IMG/VR virus record: IMGVR_UViG_3300027819_000006 | Length of the DNA: 64,000 nucleotides | Source: a virus | Taxonomy: Duplodnaviria > Caudoviricetes | Reading direction: 5' to 3' (one strand) | Shown here: positions 1 to 11,236 of the stretch, one piece after another | Layout of the letters: the number at the start of each line of letters is the position of its first letter | How positions within the stretch are numbered: position 1 is the first letter of the stretch | Made by a program: the position numbers and the translations under genes | The notes under the pieces: generated by a model | The model's database searches: none | What the model saw: the letters and a program-made list of their open reading frames with translations, nothing else | Told to the model about the DNA's origin: nothing

Positions 1-66
1 TTAACTTCCCATCGATTTGGAGCATAGTAGCCTGAACCATTCCAGTAAATAACTGTTTTCATTTTT

Positions 67-1308
67 TCAATCCTCCACTTTACAGTGTGTAATGATTGTC
101 TGTTTGCAACCCTTGAATTCAGAATGATCTTTTACAGTTCCTTTAACTTTGTAGAATTTTCCTTCATCAAGATTGTTTGAAGAAGCAAACCAATTAACTT
201 TATTTCCACTCATATCTTCAAAGATGTGTAGATGAGAAATTCCATAAGCTGTTTCAAAGCTTGTAACTTTATTTAGTTTCAGCTCAAAGATTTCTCTCTT
301 TCCAATTGTCCCAACATGGTTTGAAATCTTTGCTTCTTTTGCAATCTTCTCATAATGTTCAACTTCTCTGTTATATGCAGGAACCAGACAAGCTGCAAGA
401 TTGACCATTTTATGATCAATCATCTCTGAAGAAGTTATGACTCTCAGATTAAAATCGAAATCTGAAAGAGTGTCAACATCTGCATTGACAAATTTATTTG
501 TAGCCCAGTCAATGACTTTGACAATCTTTTCTCTGTTCTTTGTAGTAATCTCTACCTTGTCTCTCGAATCAAGTTTGAATCCACGGAGGCCATAATAGAA
601 ATTGTCAAATGCCCTGCTTGAAGTTGTAGGAATGTAGTAATCTGTCTTACCAGAATCATAGAGTTCATTAGACTTCTTCTTACTCATCCAACCAAACTTT
701 TCAATGCAAGCATCTACATAGACAAGAAACTGATCAAGAGGGATGTATCTACTTTCTCTGTGACCGTAATAAGAACCTTCACATTCATCAAAAGTAGCAG
801 CAATTGTATGCCAAAATTCAGCATATGCCAAGAAATATTCAGGATTGGGATGACCCAAAAAATCTCGAATACAGCTTCTGCCAACCTGCTTATAGTCATT
901 CAAATCATTCTTGACTACAAAAGTTTCTCTACGATAGATTCCTTTGTGGCAATGATCACAATTGTAACGATTAGCATCTCTATACTGAAGAGGAACTTCT
1001 TCTCCAGGAACTTTCTTGATCAGCACTGCATTTGCTTCATCAGAAACATGCTGAAGTTCTGCAACAAGATGCCATCCATTGATTACTGGAGAGTCTCCAA
1101 CAACTTTTACATCTAACGTCTTGATCATTCCAAGAGACTCTCCAGTAGTTTCATCCTTCTTTTCTACAAAATGTTCAGAAACTACCACAATCTCAAGAGT
1201 ATTGCATCCTAACTTCACAGCTTTCTTGTTTATCTTTTCAATCTTCTCTTTCAGAATGAACATATTAGATTCAGGAATGCTTCTAACTTCTGTCTCTTTG
1301 AGTTCCAT
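67..1308 (-). CDS. Conserved phage protein with CxxC zinc motif and C-terminal OB-fold-like domain
   Basis: AGGAG RBS precedes the ATG at 1308 (MELKETE); the ORF-track start at 1371 lies inside the promoter. Motifs: CDHCHK, KQVGRSCIRDFLG, and C-terminal HVGTIGKREIFELK...GTVKDHSEFKGCKQTIITHCK. Confidence 0.55.
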   Translation of the reverse strand: MELKETEVRSIPESNMFILKEKIEKINKKAVKLGCNTLEIVVVSEHFVEKKDETTGESLGMIKTLDVKVVGDSPVINGWHLVAELQHVSDEANAVLIKKVPGEEVPLQYRDANRYNCDHCHKGIYRRETFVVKNDLNDYKQVGRSCIRDFLGHPNPEYFLAYAEFWHTIAATFDECEGSYYGHRESRYIPLDQFLVYVDACIEKFGWMSKKKSNELYDSGKTDYYIPTTSSRAFDNFYYGLRGFKLDSRDKVEITTKNREKIVKVIDWATNKFVNADVDTLSDFDFNLRVITSSEMIDHKMVNLAACLVPAYNREVEHYEKIAKEAKISNHVGTIGKREIFELKLNKVTSFETAYGISHLHIFEDMSGNKVNWFASSNNLDEGKFYKVKGTVKDHSEFKGCKQTIITHCKVED

Positions 1309-1349
1309 TTTAGAGCTCCTGAATTGAGATTGTCTATTTTGTATGGTTA

Positions 1350-1378
1350 AATATAAACAATCTATGTTCAAAAGTAAA
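1350..1378 (-). promoter_or_regulatory. Sigma70-like early promoter, repeat family copy 1
   Basis: Minus strand TTTACT-N17-TATATT; near-identical copies occur elsewhere in the window. Confidence 0.85.
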
Positions 1379-1386
1379 GGACTTTT

Positions 1387-1686
1387 TTAAAACTCTTCTG
1401 GAGGTCCCCAATCCATCATATCATCAGTATCTAATCCAGAATACATGCTATATCCATAGATAGGGTCTTTGCTATAGTATGCTTTGTATTCATGTCTTTT
1501 TCTATCCAATGGACACTTAACATGAATCCACCAATTTTTGCAAGAATTGTCAATTAGCGTAGTTCTTATCTCATCCCCTATATAAATATCTCTTTGACAA
1601 GCTCTGCATATACCAGAATATCTTGCTATAGCTGTCTTTTTAACGTGCTTAGCTATTGATTCATTAATTTTATTGATGTTGATCAT
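1387..1686 (-). CDS. Small zinc-finger-like hypothetical protein
   Basis: ARYSGICRAC...IYIGDEI...WIHVKC pattern. Confidence 0.5.
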   Translation of the reverse strand: MININKINESIAKHVKKTAIARYSGICRACQRDIYIGDEIRTTLIDNSCKNWWIHVKCPLDRKRHEYKAYYSKDPIYGYSMYSGLDTDDMMDWGPPEEF

Positions 1687-1833
1687 TTTATTCTTCTACA
1701 GCATAATAAATTGTGAAGGCTGAAAGATTAAAAAATATGAAACATGCATTTACTAAATCTTTAGCTATGACAAAACACATAGCATTTATGATAGCTAAAA
1801 TTAAGTGAAAGTTTCTTCTAAAATGAATGCTGT

Positions 1834-2982
1834 TCACTGTGAAATCCTCTCAAGAAACTTGACAGCATCGCCTAAAGTATTAGTCTGTTTTCTAATGAAA
1901 ATTTTGATATTATTTTCTATATCTTCATATTTTAGATCGTTCTTCTGCTCTATAATAGAATAGCACTGCATGATTACAGGAAACAGAAACTCTGATTTAT
2001 TAGCAATTGCTAAATCTTTCCTGCTTCCTTCAAAGACCATAAACTTCATTTCTATTTCATCGATCGATTTAATCATCCAATGCAGTATTTTATGTGTAAT
2101 ATCTTCAATTTTTGTTCTTGCAGGATCATCTTTATCAATTGCAGAAACTGCATCGTCAACATTCTCATTTAAAATTGCTGAAATAATCCAATTCTCTTTT
2201 CCAATATCTTCTGTGAGTAATTTATGATTATCAAGATACCACTGAGTTTTGATCTTCATCATCTGTCCATCTTCAAAAGTAACAACCCAACCTTCTGTAT
2301 CTTTTAAATCTTTAGTCAAATACATGAGATAGTCTAAATTATTAGACAGAGGAGTGAAATATGGAACAGTTTTGATGCCAAATCTATCTTCATATTTATA
2401 GACATCTAAATACTTGCCAGTGTCTTCTTCTCTTAGTTGCAACAACTGCAATTCACTTTTCCTATATCGTAGAACAATTCTATTTGCAGGGCTAATGTAT
2501 TCAAAAATTGCTGCCAAATTGTTGTCTAATGTGTAATCAATGAAATATTTGAATTCTTTATCTGAATTATAGACACTTTCAGCAAATGTAGTCTGATCAT
2601 TTCCAAAATCATATTTAGTTTTTGCAATAACTCTACCATTTGGAAGACGAATAAAACGAATCATTGTCCCATCTAACTTGTCCTGAATTCTGATAATCTT
2701 CTTATATTTTACGTCTGAATAATGATAACCTTCAGTTTGTCCAAGGTTAAAGAATTTATGAAGCATTATATACCTCATATTTCTATAATTAATATAAGAT
2801 AATCCTCTGAGTTCAAAAGCTTTATAATCTTCATCGCGCAAAGGTTTTTCAAAATCAGAATAACTTGCAAGTCTATAATTGAACACATGAATATCATAGC
2901 CATCAACATTGACAATCTTTTTAAGAAAAGCATCATTATTTCTGACTATTTCTAGAGCTTGATTATAGTTTGGTATAAACAT
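1834..2982 (-). CDS. rnlA: RNA ligase, T4 Rnl1 family
   Basis: FELRG, HKFFNLGQ, motif I QDKLDGT, FEYISPANRIV, EGWVV and MMKIKTQWY nucleotidyltransferase motifs. Confidence 0.85.
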   Translation of the reverse strand: MFIPNYNQALEIVRNNDAFLKKIVNVDGYDIHVFNYRLASYSDFEKPLRDEDYKAFELRGLSYINYRNMRYIMLHKFFNLGQTEGYHYSDVKYKKIIRIQDKLDGTMIRFIRLPNGRVIAKTKYDFGNDQTTFAESVYNSDKEFKYFIDYTLDNNLAAIFEYISPANRIVLRYRKSELQLLQLREEDTGKYLDVYKYEDRFGIKTVPYFTPLSNNLDYLMYLTKDLKDTEGWVVTFEDGQMMKIKTQWYLDNHKLLTEDIGKENWIISAILNENVDDAVSAIDKDDPARTKIEDITHKILHWMIKSIDEIEMKFMVFEGSRKDLAIANKSEFLFPVIMQCYSIIEQKNDLKYEDIENNIKIFIRKQTNTLGDAVKFLERISQ

Positions 2983-3893
2983 TTATTTTATTTCTTTTAT
3001 CGACCATCCATTAGTGTTGTTTCGCAATTCTGTTTTTCTATTACATCTGCTTTCTGATATGATGCCCTTGTCTATATGAATTCTTATAGTATTATATGAA
3101 AGTTTATTCTCTTTACAAAATTCTGTTAATCTGCCGTGCACCATATAATAATTATCAGATCTATCTATTAAAACATAAGTTTTTGCATTGCTTTTTACTC
3201 CATTTCTTTTTCTTGTTTCTTGAATTTTGTTTATATGCTCTTTAGTAAGTTTGCATCCAGTTTTATGTTTTTTAGTAGATATAGATATCTTTTCTCTCGT
3301 TTCTAAGCTGTGAGTTCTTCCATAGAAACTATTTCCTTCTCCAGTTTGAGATTTACTAATTTTATCTTTATTTTCTTGTTTATATAGAGGATTGTCTTTT
3401 TTAAATCTTTCAGATGCTTCTTTTTTTCTTTTTTCTATTTCTGAACTATCTTTCATTATTTCTTCATAAGACTTTCCTTTAAAAGCATCAGAAAGTTTTT
3501 TTTTTGTTTCTGGTAGGGTTTCATGTCCCGTAAGAGATTTTGATATTTTTGATTTTATATCGTCAGATCTTTTTATACCAAAATTTACACTATCTTCTCC
3601 AGCGCCCCAGCCATCTCCTCCAGGAGTTATGTTATATCCATCTTTCTGACTATTATAGAATTTAATATAAAACATTTCTTTGTTTTTTATTTCATTTATG
3701 TCATCTGATTCATCTAAAAGCTTTACTTCAAAATTTTCTTTTGAATATTTTTTAATAGCTGAAGCTATAATACTTCTACCCCTTTTACAATCATTGTTGC
3801 AATGTTCTTCAAATCTTTCTTGTATAGTTTTAGAAGTATATCCTATGTAGCATTTATTGTTATACATGTTATTTTATATATTTTATATTTCAT
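2983..3893 (-). mobile_element. Free-standing GIY-YIG homing endonuclease with NUMOD3 repeats; frameshift near the N-terminus
   Basis: KCYIGYT, RFEEH, EMFYI...GYNITPGGDG and HxxETxxKIS repeats. The RBS-preceded ATG at 3893 (MKYKIYKITC) is in a different frame from NNKCYIG. Confidence 0.85.
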
Positions 3894-3962
3894 TTAAAAG
3901 CTCCTTAAAGTTATAATAAATATAACTCTCAAGAGCTTATTGTTTGGTTTATTATAAAAAAA

Positions 3963-4199
3963 TTACCATTTGTTGAGCATTAAATATCTTGCATTTCTAA
4001 AATGTGTGAATGAAATTCCTCTCAATTCAAATGCATCAATGTCATCATTGTCAGAAATTGGATGCACAAAATCATTCAATGAAGCAAGTCTGTAGTTATA
4101 AATGGTGATAGGATAACCATCAATAGTTACAGTCTTCTTCATGAATGCTTCGTTATTTTTGACTATTTGATCGCAATCATTTTGAGTTGGGATGAACAT
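3963..4199 (-). pseudogene. Truncated 5' duplicate of the RNA ligase gene
   Basis: MFIPTQNDC...YNYRLAS...AFELRGISF...RYLMLNKW* aligns with residues 1-77 of 1834..2982. Confidence 0.85.
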
Positions 4200-4485
4200 T
4201 TAGTATCTTTTAAAAATTAAATATCTCTATGCAGTATATCAGCATTCTAAACATTTCTGACATGATAGTTAGATAGCTGCATAGAGCCTTTATATAAGGA
4301 GATTTTAACATTTTTGTGACAAACCATACTTTATAGCAAAAAGAAAAGTAACTAAGCACATGCTAAAAACAAAACATATTAAATTTATAGAAATTCTATC
4401 AACATAGATATTAATAAAAAGACTTAGTGCTGCTGCAAACATGTTGATAGCAATAGCAAGATTTAAATATTTCATGATGCACTCC

Positions 4486-5553
4486 TTAAAAAATCCAATT
4501 GATTTCATCAAACTCATCATAAGCAGGAACCATGAATTGTCTCATCTTATTCACGATTACATCTTTAGCCAATGTTTTCTTCACTCTGTTACCATTTCTT
4601 TCCATGATCGTATTGTATCCTGTAGCAAAAACAATTGCTATTGTATTATAGATATTCTTAGGAATATTGCTCAAATACTTCCTCCTAAACTTTCTTGTCA
4701 TATTCGTCATATCTATAACAAAAGTCTTATTCTTGTTCAGCAATTCTTTAAATTTAGCACTGACAATTTTGTCTATTGCATCATGATCAACATTTCTGAA
4801 ACATTCATTGTAGTCTGTATCTACAGGAAATATGGAAGTAACCACATCGTCTCTGCTTAATACATTGCAATTTGCATAATTGGCCAATTGATATGTAGTC
4901 TTGCCACAATTGGGTGGTCCAACCATGAACACTACTTCTGCTTTCTTTTTGACATATTGCTTTGAATTGCTTGCTGTTTGAAAAAGTATGTCATTAAATA
5001 TAGCATTATTTAGAACTTCTTTGTCAAATACTTCATCTGTAATTCTGCCAAGATGATCACATAAGATGTGTCTAAAAACATAATCCATCAAATGTATCTG
5101 ATTTGTGAATCTTTCTGCTACTTTTTTGATAAACTTTGTAGTCATAACTTCTGGATTTAAAATTCCATAGAATTCTCCATGCAGAGATATGATATTGAGA
5201 ATCATCTTTTTGTCAGCAACAGATATTTCATCTCCTAATTTATTCAAGACATCAATAGCTAAATAGAAAGATAGACCAGCATGCCCAATGAAATTTTTCC
5301 TACCATTATTTTCATTGTATCCTGTAGCCATGGGCTTGCCAAGATCATGCAAAAGTATAGCAGATTGCAAAATATCATCTTTTGGATACATCTCTTTTGC
5401 ACAGTCATATACCATCATTGTATGCTTAAGAATATCTCCCTCCATGTGAAACGGAGATATCACAGTCTCAGAATGATGAGAGCAGTTGCTCATCAAATCT
5501 TTTAAACTAGAAAATTCTGTATTCAGAAGATCTAAAATTTTAGTGTTTAGCAT
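4486..5553 (-). CDS. HD-domain phosphoesterase fused to P-loop polynucleotide kinase (RNA end-healing enzyme)
   Basis: HMEGDILKHT, LLHDLGKP (HD) and CDHLGR in the N-terminal half; MVGPPNCGKTTY, LSRDD and VIDMTN...RRKY in the C-terminal half. Adjacent to the RNA ligase. Confidence 0.8.
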   Translation of the reverse strand: MLNTKILDLLNTEFSSLKDLMSNCSHHSETVISPFHMEGDILKHTMMVYDCAKEMYPKDDILQSAILLHDLGKPMATGYNENNGRKNFIGHAGLSFYLAIDVLNKLGDEISVADKKMILNIISLHGEFYGILNPEVMTTKFIKKVAERFTNQIHLMDYVFRHILCDHLGRITDEVFDKEVLNNAIFNDILFQTASNSKQYVKKKAEVVFMVGPPNCGKTTYQLANYANCNVLSRDDVVTSIFPVDTDYNECFRNVDHDAIDKIVSAKFKELLNKNKTFVIDMTNMTRKFRRKYLSNIPKNIYNTIAIVFATGYNTIMERNGNRVKKTLAKDVIVNKMRQFMVPAYDEFDEINWIF

Positions 5554-5788
5554 TTAAATTTAGTTCACCTTTGTAAAATTCATTTCTGTCAATCTGTACA
5601 TATAAGACGTGTCACGACTATTTAAATATTTTACTTCTTTTACTCCATTTTTATAATGCTGTTCAAAAAACAAAGTATTCGCATATGGAGAATTCATTTT
5701 CCAATTTGCATCTGGATTTTGTCTGGTTTTTATTTCTACAACATAAATTTTCATAATGTCTCCTTTGTGAGAACCATTTTATAGTTTA

Positions 5789-5817
5789 AATATAACAAAT
5801 TAAATTGCTAAAGTAAA
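5789..5817 (-). promoter_or_regulatory. Early promoter copy
   Basis: TTTACT-N17-TATATT. Confidence 0.8.
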
Positions 5818-7111
5818 GGAGTTTTGTTCATGTTCAATCTTTTTTATCTTTATCTATTTGCCAGAATGCCCAGCAAGTTATGATTATTGCATCTCTTTCA
5901 GTTTCATCTTCTGCTAAATTGAATTTATCGTAGTTTTCCTGATACTCTGATTCCTTTATGCTTCCTTGTTCGATACTTTTTGTAAGTATAAAATCTATAT
6001 AGTAGTGCCTCTGTTCTTCTGTTAATTTTGGAGGATCAGTTTTACTTACTAGAATGTCCATATTTATCCAATCTTTGACATGTACCATCTACTGGCTGCT
6101 TCATCAAGAATTGCTGCCTCAACAAGCATCAGAGCTGTTTGATGGCAGTGTTCTTTTGCTATTTCTGTATACAATTTGAAAATGTGAGTATTTTCTTTTA
6201 TGATGTTAGTGTTTCTGAGAATATAAAGTTCATTTATCAAAGTTAGCAAGTTTTCATCTGTGCATCTTGACATGTACCAAGAGTTAATATCATTGAGTGT
6301 CATCTTAAACCCTTTCAGCATATAGTACTATAGTTTACTGTGTGCCCTTTTATAGTTTCTAAATAGTTCAATCCACCAATCGTAATACTTCTGTTCTTTT
6401 TCATCAATTTCTTTGAGATCAAACTTTCATATACAACATCTTCAAATTTTGGTCTAAATGCTGCAATTAAAGCTCTTGAATAATATAGAGCTTTCTTTTC
6501 ATCTTCTGTAAGTTCAAAATTGTTATGCTGTGGTAAAAACTGAGTAGCATCTGAAGATGTATAGATTGTACAAGACTCAGGATATGTACTAATTTTTACA
6601 ACTATGCAACTTGCCGGTACTTCAATATCATTCTGCTCACCTTTGTAGTTGTAATCTAAACCCGAATAATATAAATCTTTGTCATTGAGTTCAACAAATT
6701 TGTCATTTTTTAAAGCAAAAACTTTATAGAAATTAGAGCAACCATCATGCCAAGGAGCATGAATTGAAAACTTTCCCTTCTGATCAATTGCAAACTTTCT
6801 CAAATCTTTTTGAAGCTTTGACTTGACATAAGTTCTGATTTCATATGGAACTTCAGAAGATTTGATGATCATGTTTTTTAATCTCCATTATTATCAAGCT
6901 TCTGTATAAAGCCCTTGAATGCCAGCCTTCTTCATCTCTGGAATTGTATAAATCTTTGTGAGCTGAGGATCTGAAACAATCCAGACGATATGATCAGTGT
7001 CAAACTTCTTCGTCTTTGATTCGATATCCCTAGCATCTTGGAAGTTTGTAATCCATTTCATTGTAGTTCTCCATTTTAGAAGTGGAGGAACCATATTTTA
7101 TTTAATGATTA

Positions 7112-7140
7112 AATATAAACAATCTACGATGAAAAGTAAA
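7112..7140 (-). promoter_or_regulatory. Early promoter copy
   Basis: TTTACT-N17-TATATT. Confidence 0.85.
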
Positions 7141-7667
7141 GGACTATTTTAACTATTGTCAAAACCATTATCTCTGACCCATCTTGATGTGCATTCTTTA
7201 TATAATGTCAATTCTATTAAATTAACCCAATTTAAAATTCCAACTGATCCATAAGAACTGTAGATAAATAGTCTAATACTGGAGAAAGTTTAACATTTTT
7301 ATATTTTAAAAAACAGTGTAGTTCAAGCACTAACTCATTCAGTCTTTCATCGTCTAAATTGTAAATAAAATTGTCAAAAACTTCTTTGGTGGAGCTAAAT
7401 TTATAGTTCATTTTAACATCTCCAAAGCTTTTTTAGTTGCTTTAATAGCTTGTTCGTAAGCAGCAATTTTCACTTCTAACTCTATTTCGTCAGCAAAATA
7501 TTTTGTTCCATGTGTAGATAAGATTAAAACAGTCTTATTCTTATGTCTTGCAACATATCCTTTATAGTCACATTCCCATCCGCTCCATAATATAGGAAAT
7601 TCATACAATATTTCTATATTATCATCTTTGTTCACATATTTTAATTTAGAATAACTTCTCATGTTGC

Positions 7668-8285
7668 TCATATGTCAATAAACTCTAACTCATTCAAGCA
7701 TATAAACTTACAATTTTTCAAAGTCCATTCTCTACACTGATGATGATGACCAAAAACCCACAACCTGGGCTGATGAGCATCAAACATGTTGGTTAGAAGA
7801 TTCCTTGTCAAACTCTTGTCATCAAAATGATGACTTATCATACCTTCTAAAGCTTGCTGAGGACAGTCATGAGACAGAACAATTGAAGGCTTTGTCTTGA
7901 CATATAGATCAAAACAATCTATAGCTTGCTGATAATTTAGTTCTTCATTTCTCCACCAAGATTTATCTTCTGTTCTAAGATGCTTATCTATACTTAAAGC
8001 ACCGCTGACATAAAAGAAATCTGTGTTTCCAACATTTGCATTTCCATATCGGCCAAGATAGAAGCTTCCAAGAATATCAAGATCATCTTGAGAATCGTGA
8101 TTTCCACAGAAAAATTTATGATCATCAAAATTGAAATCAAGCAGAGCATTATTCTTATACTGTAGCAGCTCTAAATATGTTTTCTTGAATCCCATGTCTC
8201 CGATCTGTACAGAATTATTTGCTCCACAGACTAAAAATATGTAACCTTCGACTTTTGCATGCACATCGCCTACCACGCGGAGCAT
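7668..8285 (-). CDS. Calcineurin-like metallophosphoesterase
   Basis: GDVH, QIGDMG, CGNHD, LSHDCP and FGHHH motifs. Confidence 0.85.
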   Translation of the reverse strand: MLRVVGDVHAKVEGYIFLVCGANNSVQIGDMGFKKTYLELLQYKNNALLDFNFDDHKFFCGNHDSQDDLDILGSFYLGRYGNANVGNTDFFYVSGALSIDKHLRTEDKSWWRNEELNYQQAIDCFDLYVKTKPSIVLSHDCPQQALEGMISHHFDDKSLTRNLLTNMFDAHQPRLWVFGHHHQCREWTLKNCKFICLNELEFIDI

Positions 8286-10120
8286 TATAGACCTTTCATG
8301 AGCTCTTTTAACAGAGCTGGGTGATCTTTAAGAATATCTTTTGCTTGATTGAACTTATCTTCACCTAATACTTTCAGATCATCCAAAGATCTTACTTTTA
8401 ACAAGTCAATGAAAGAATCATTTAGCAATTTCTTAAGTTTCAATACAGCATATATTTCTGACATAGTAACCATTTTTATTCTCCTCCTGACGAACCAGAG
8501 TCTGATGATCATGAGTCGCTTGAACTTCCGTTGTCGCTAGATGAAGAGCTATCAGAACTATAATCTGAAGAAGAGCTCTGATCTTGCTGAGATGAATCAT
8601 CTTTATCCCAAGAGCTAGATGCTCCTGCTCCAGAAAATTCTCCATCTTCCGGAACAATATTATCTACTGCTGCTGGCTGATCATTATTCTGTTGACTTGA
8701 AAGTAGTTCCGCCAGAACAATTGTGCTCAGCAATGAACTAGAATCATCTTCTTTAACTACTGTATTAGCTCTTTTGTCTTCTGATCTATTAAGATTATAC
8801 TGAGTTTTCAAAGCTTTAAATCTGTTCCTATCTACATCACTCAATTCAATATTAGGTGGTGTATCTACTGATCTGTCAACTTTTTTCTTCCAGAACTTTA
8901 AAAATTCAAACATGTTAATCTCCATTAAAAATTGTCAAGCACCTGTCTCCACCCATTTCAAATTTTCTACATGCTATAGGTCTGCTCTCATGAATTGTAC
9001 ATAGACCGTCTTTGAAAGCTATACAGTCACCATTTTTCTTCTTTTTCAGAATACATATTTTTAAAAAATGATTCTTCTCAATCATCTCTTCTGGAATGTT
9101 CTTATCTGCAAATGGAGCTAATTGGATGTATAATCTATTAGACTTGCAGCATTTGCCACCACACTGCTCACATAGAGTTTTCATTCAGATTCCATAGAAA
9201 CAAAAATATCATAACCCACTATAAAAAATAAAGCTGTTGTAGGAATCGCTGCAAATATAGGGTGAAAATTTTCACAAATAGCAGCAACTAAAAGACTTGT
9301 CAGTCCTACAACAATAATGTTATAATAAATCCTTTCACACATCTGAATACTCCTTTCTCGATTTTTCTGCTAGTTCACATATCATTTGTTCTACATATTG
9401 AGAATATGACTTGTTTACTATAACAATAGCTTTTCTCAATCCTTTTATTTCATCATAAGAAGCAGTTAGACCAAGTATCACTTCTCTATTTATATTGTCG
9501 ATGATCATTTGAACTAATGTATCTTCTTGGCACATAGAAATTATTCCTCCACTGTAATTTCTGAATATTTAGAAGCTCCAATACAAACACCATAAATATA
9601 ACATAAAAGAATATCTTGCAGTGAAGGCTCTATATATTATTTCGATTTTTAAAAAGAAACATATTTTTTGTTAATTCTATCAAGAAATGTATTTGCTTCT
9701 TCTAAAAATGTTATTGCTCTGCTAGCATTCGAAAAATAATAATTATGATCATAGAAGTCATCTTGATTTTTTGGAGTATTTTCTTTGTTTATGCTATTGA
9801 TAATGTTTTTTATGTTATCAATATGGCTGATAATCTGATCTTCACTTAGCATTGTAGTATAACCTTTAAAGTTTAAATACTTTTGTAATTTTAATTAGAT
9901 CAATGTCTCCACCTACTCCCCAAGTTTCCCATCCTTCGAGAGTGGTAGCTTTTTCATAAACATTCATATATGTGCCCTCAAAATACCCGAGAGTTGGCTG
10001 ATGCTGTGATCCACTGAAATCACAATTAGAATCTTCACCTTTTACAATCCAAGTTCCATAAATATGAGGCTGATACTTATGTATATGAACAATCTTTCCA
10101 TCTATAAATTTACGTTCCAT
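8285..10120 (-). other. Small hypothetical ORFs (8285-8512, 8509-8925, 9335-9535, 9649-9852, 9866-10120)
   Basis: Contiguous minus-strand ORFs. 8509..8925 has a GEFSGAGASSSW motif and an acidic Ser-rich tail. Confidence 0.6.
8915..9184 (-). CDS. YkgJ/FliB-like Cys-cluster (Fe-S or Zn) protein
   Basis: CEQCGGKCC...CIAFKDGLCTIHESRPIACRKF. Confidence 0.8.
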   Translation of the reverse strand: MKTLCEQCGGKCCKSNRLYIQLAPFADKNIPEEMIEKNHFLKICILKKKKNGDCIAFKDGLCTIHESRPIACRKFEMGGDRCLTIFNGD

Positions 10121-10135
10121 TATAATAACCTTTCT

Positions 10136-10639
10136 TTATTTAATTCCCGCTATCAATTCCTTATATCTTTCATAAAGAACTGGACCCCATTCTTGAGCAC
10201 TCTTTTCTGCATCTGCTTCTTTCGGGTTATGATAATATGTAGAGTTAAAATGCTTTGAATAATCCTGCTGAGAAATATTATGCATGATAGTTGGAATACT
10301 GAAATGCATATCAAACTGAATAACATGCTGAAGTTCATGAGCAAGAATATGAAAGAAAGCAGAAAATCTATTAACTTCCATATACAGATCTACCATTCTC
10401 CAAACATGTTCTTTGTTTCCGAGTTTATCAACAATGTCGATCTGAAAAGGAGAGATTGTAACCTTACGTTTTGTATATGATCTACGATACCTTCCTGCAA
10501 TATGCTTGAGTTTACCGTCCATAGCAATAATGAAACTGCTTTTAATCTTGTCTCCGTAAAACTCTTCAACAATTTGCTTGATGTAATCAGGATTGAAACC
10601 ATACTTTATAACATTTTTTATTGTAACTTCCATTTTCAA
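10136..10639 (-). CDS. Zincin-like (HExxH) metallopeptidase domain protein
   Basis: ILAHELQHVIQ followed by YYHNPKEADAE. Confidence 0.7.
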   Translation of the reverse strand: MKMEVTIKNVIKYGFNPDYIKQIVEEFYGDKIKSSFIIAMDGKLKHIAGRYRRSYTKRKVTISPFQIDIVDKLGNKEHVWRMVDLYMEVNRFSAFFHILAHELQHVIQFDMHFSIPTIMHNISQQDYSKHFNSTYYHNPKEADAEKSAQEWGPVLYERYKELIAGIK

Positions 10640-10681
10640 AGCTCCTGATTAATTTTTGAAAATGTTTATTTTGTATAATAT

Positions 10682-10710
10682 AATATAAACAATTTGCTTC
10701 AAAATGTAAA
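10682..10710 (-). promoter_or_regulatory. Early promoter copy (TTTACA variant)
   Basis: TTTACA-N17-TATATT. Confidence 0.75.
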
Positions 10711-11207
10711 GGTTTATTGTGAATCTTCTACAATTTCTTGTTCAACTTCAATTGTATCAATATCTTTTAAACGTACATAGAATGGATTGCCAAGAAATTC
10801 ATCGTTTTCTTGATCTCTACCAGTAAGGAAAACCCATTCTGAATTCACATCAATTCCTAAAAATATGTAATTATGCCAATCACTTCTACTATCTTTCCAA
10901 GTAATTATTACATTTTCTCCAACTGGCCAAAAATTGTTCTCTATAGAGACTGTATCAATCTTATACATTTTTGTTTACTCTTTCTTTGTTTTCACCAATT
11001 GTAATATTCAACAAATTCAAGAGCTTCTGTAAGCTTTGTAAATATTTTAAGTTCATTGTTTTTCTTAACTTCAAAACCATCTTGAATCTTTTTGATAAAA
11101 GAGAATTTTGAAAATGTCATAATCTTTCCAGCTGCAGCTGTTTTAAACTTATTGATCTGATGCATTGTGTGATTTTCCATTTTGTTCTCCTTTATTTTGT
11201 ATAGTTA

Positions 11208-11236
11208 AATATAAACAATCTATGTTCAAAAGTAAA
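11208..11236 (-). promoter_or_regulatory. Early promoter copy
   Basis: TTTACT TTTGAACATAGATTGTT TATATT, identical to the copy at 1350-1378. Confidence 0.85.

Larger units (their letters stand above)
5560..7671 (-). other. Cluster of small early hypothetical ORFs (5560-5754, 5834-6088, 6064-6321, 6315-6872, 6894-7094, 7232-7411, 7408-7671)
   Basis: Tightly packed with RBSs and ATGA-type overlaps. 7232..7411 (59 aa, MNYKFSST) was translated by hand. Confidence 0.65.

Noticed and set aside
7386-7396. GCTCCACCA on the minus strand as a tRNA or tmRNA 3' end
   Set aside because: It falls inside the small ORF 7232-7411 (S-S-T codons) and has no T-arm or matching 5' strand.
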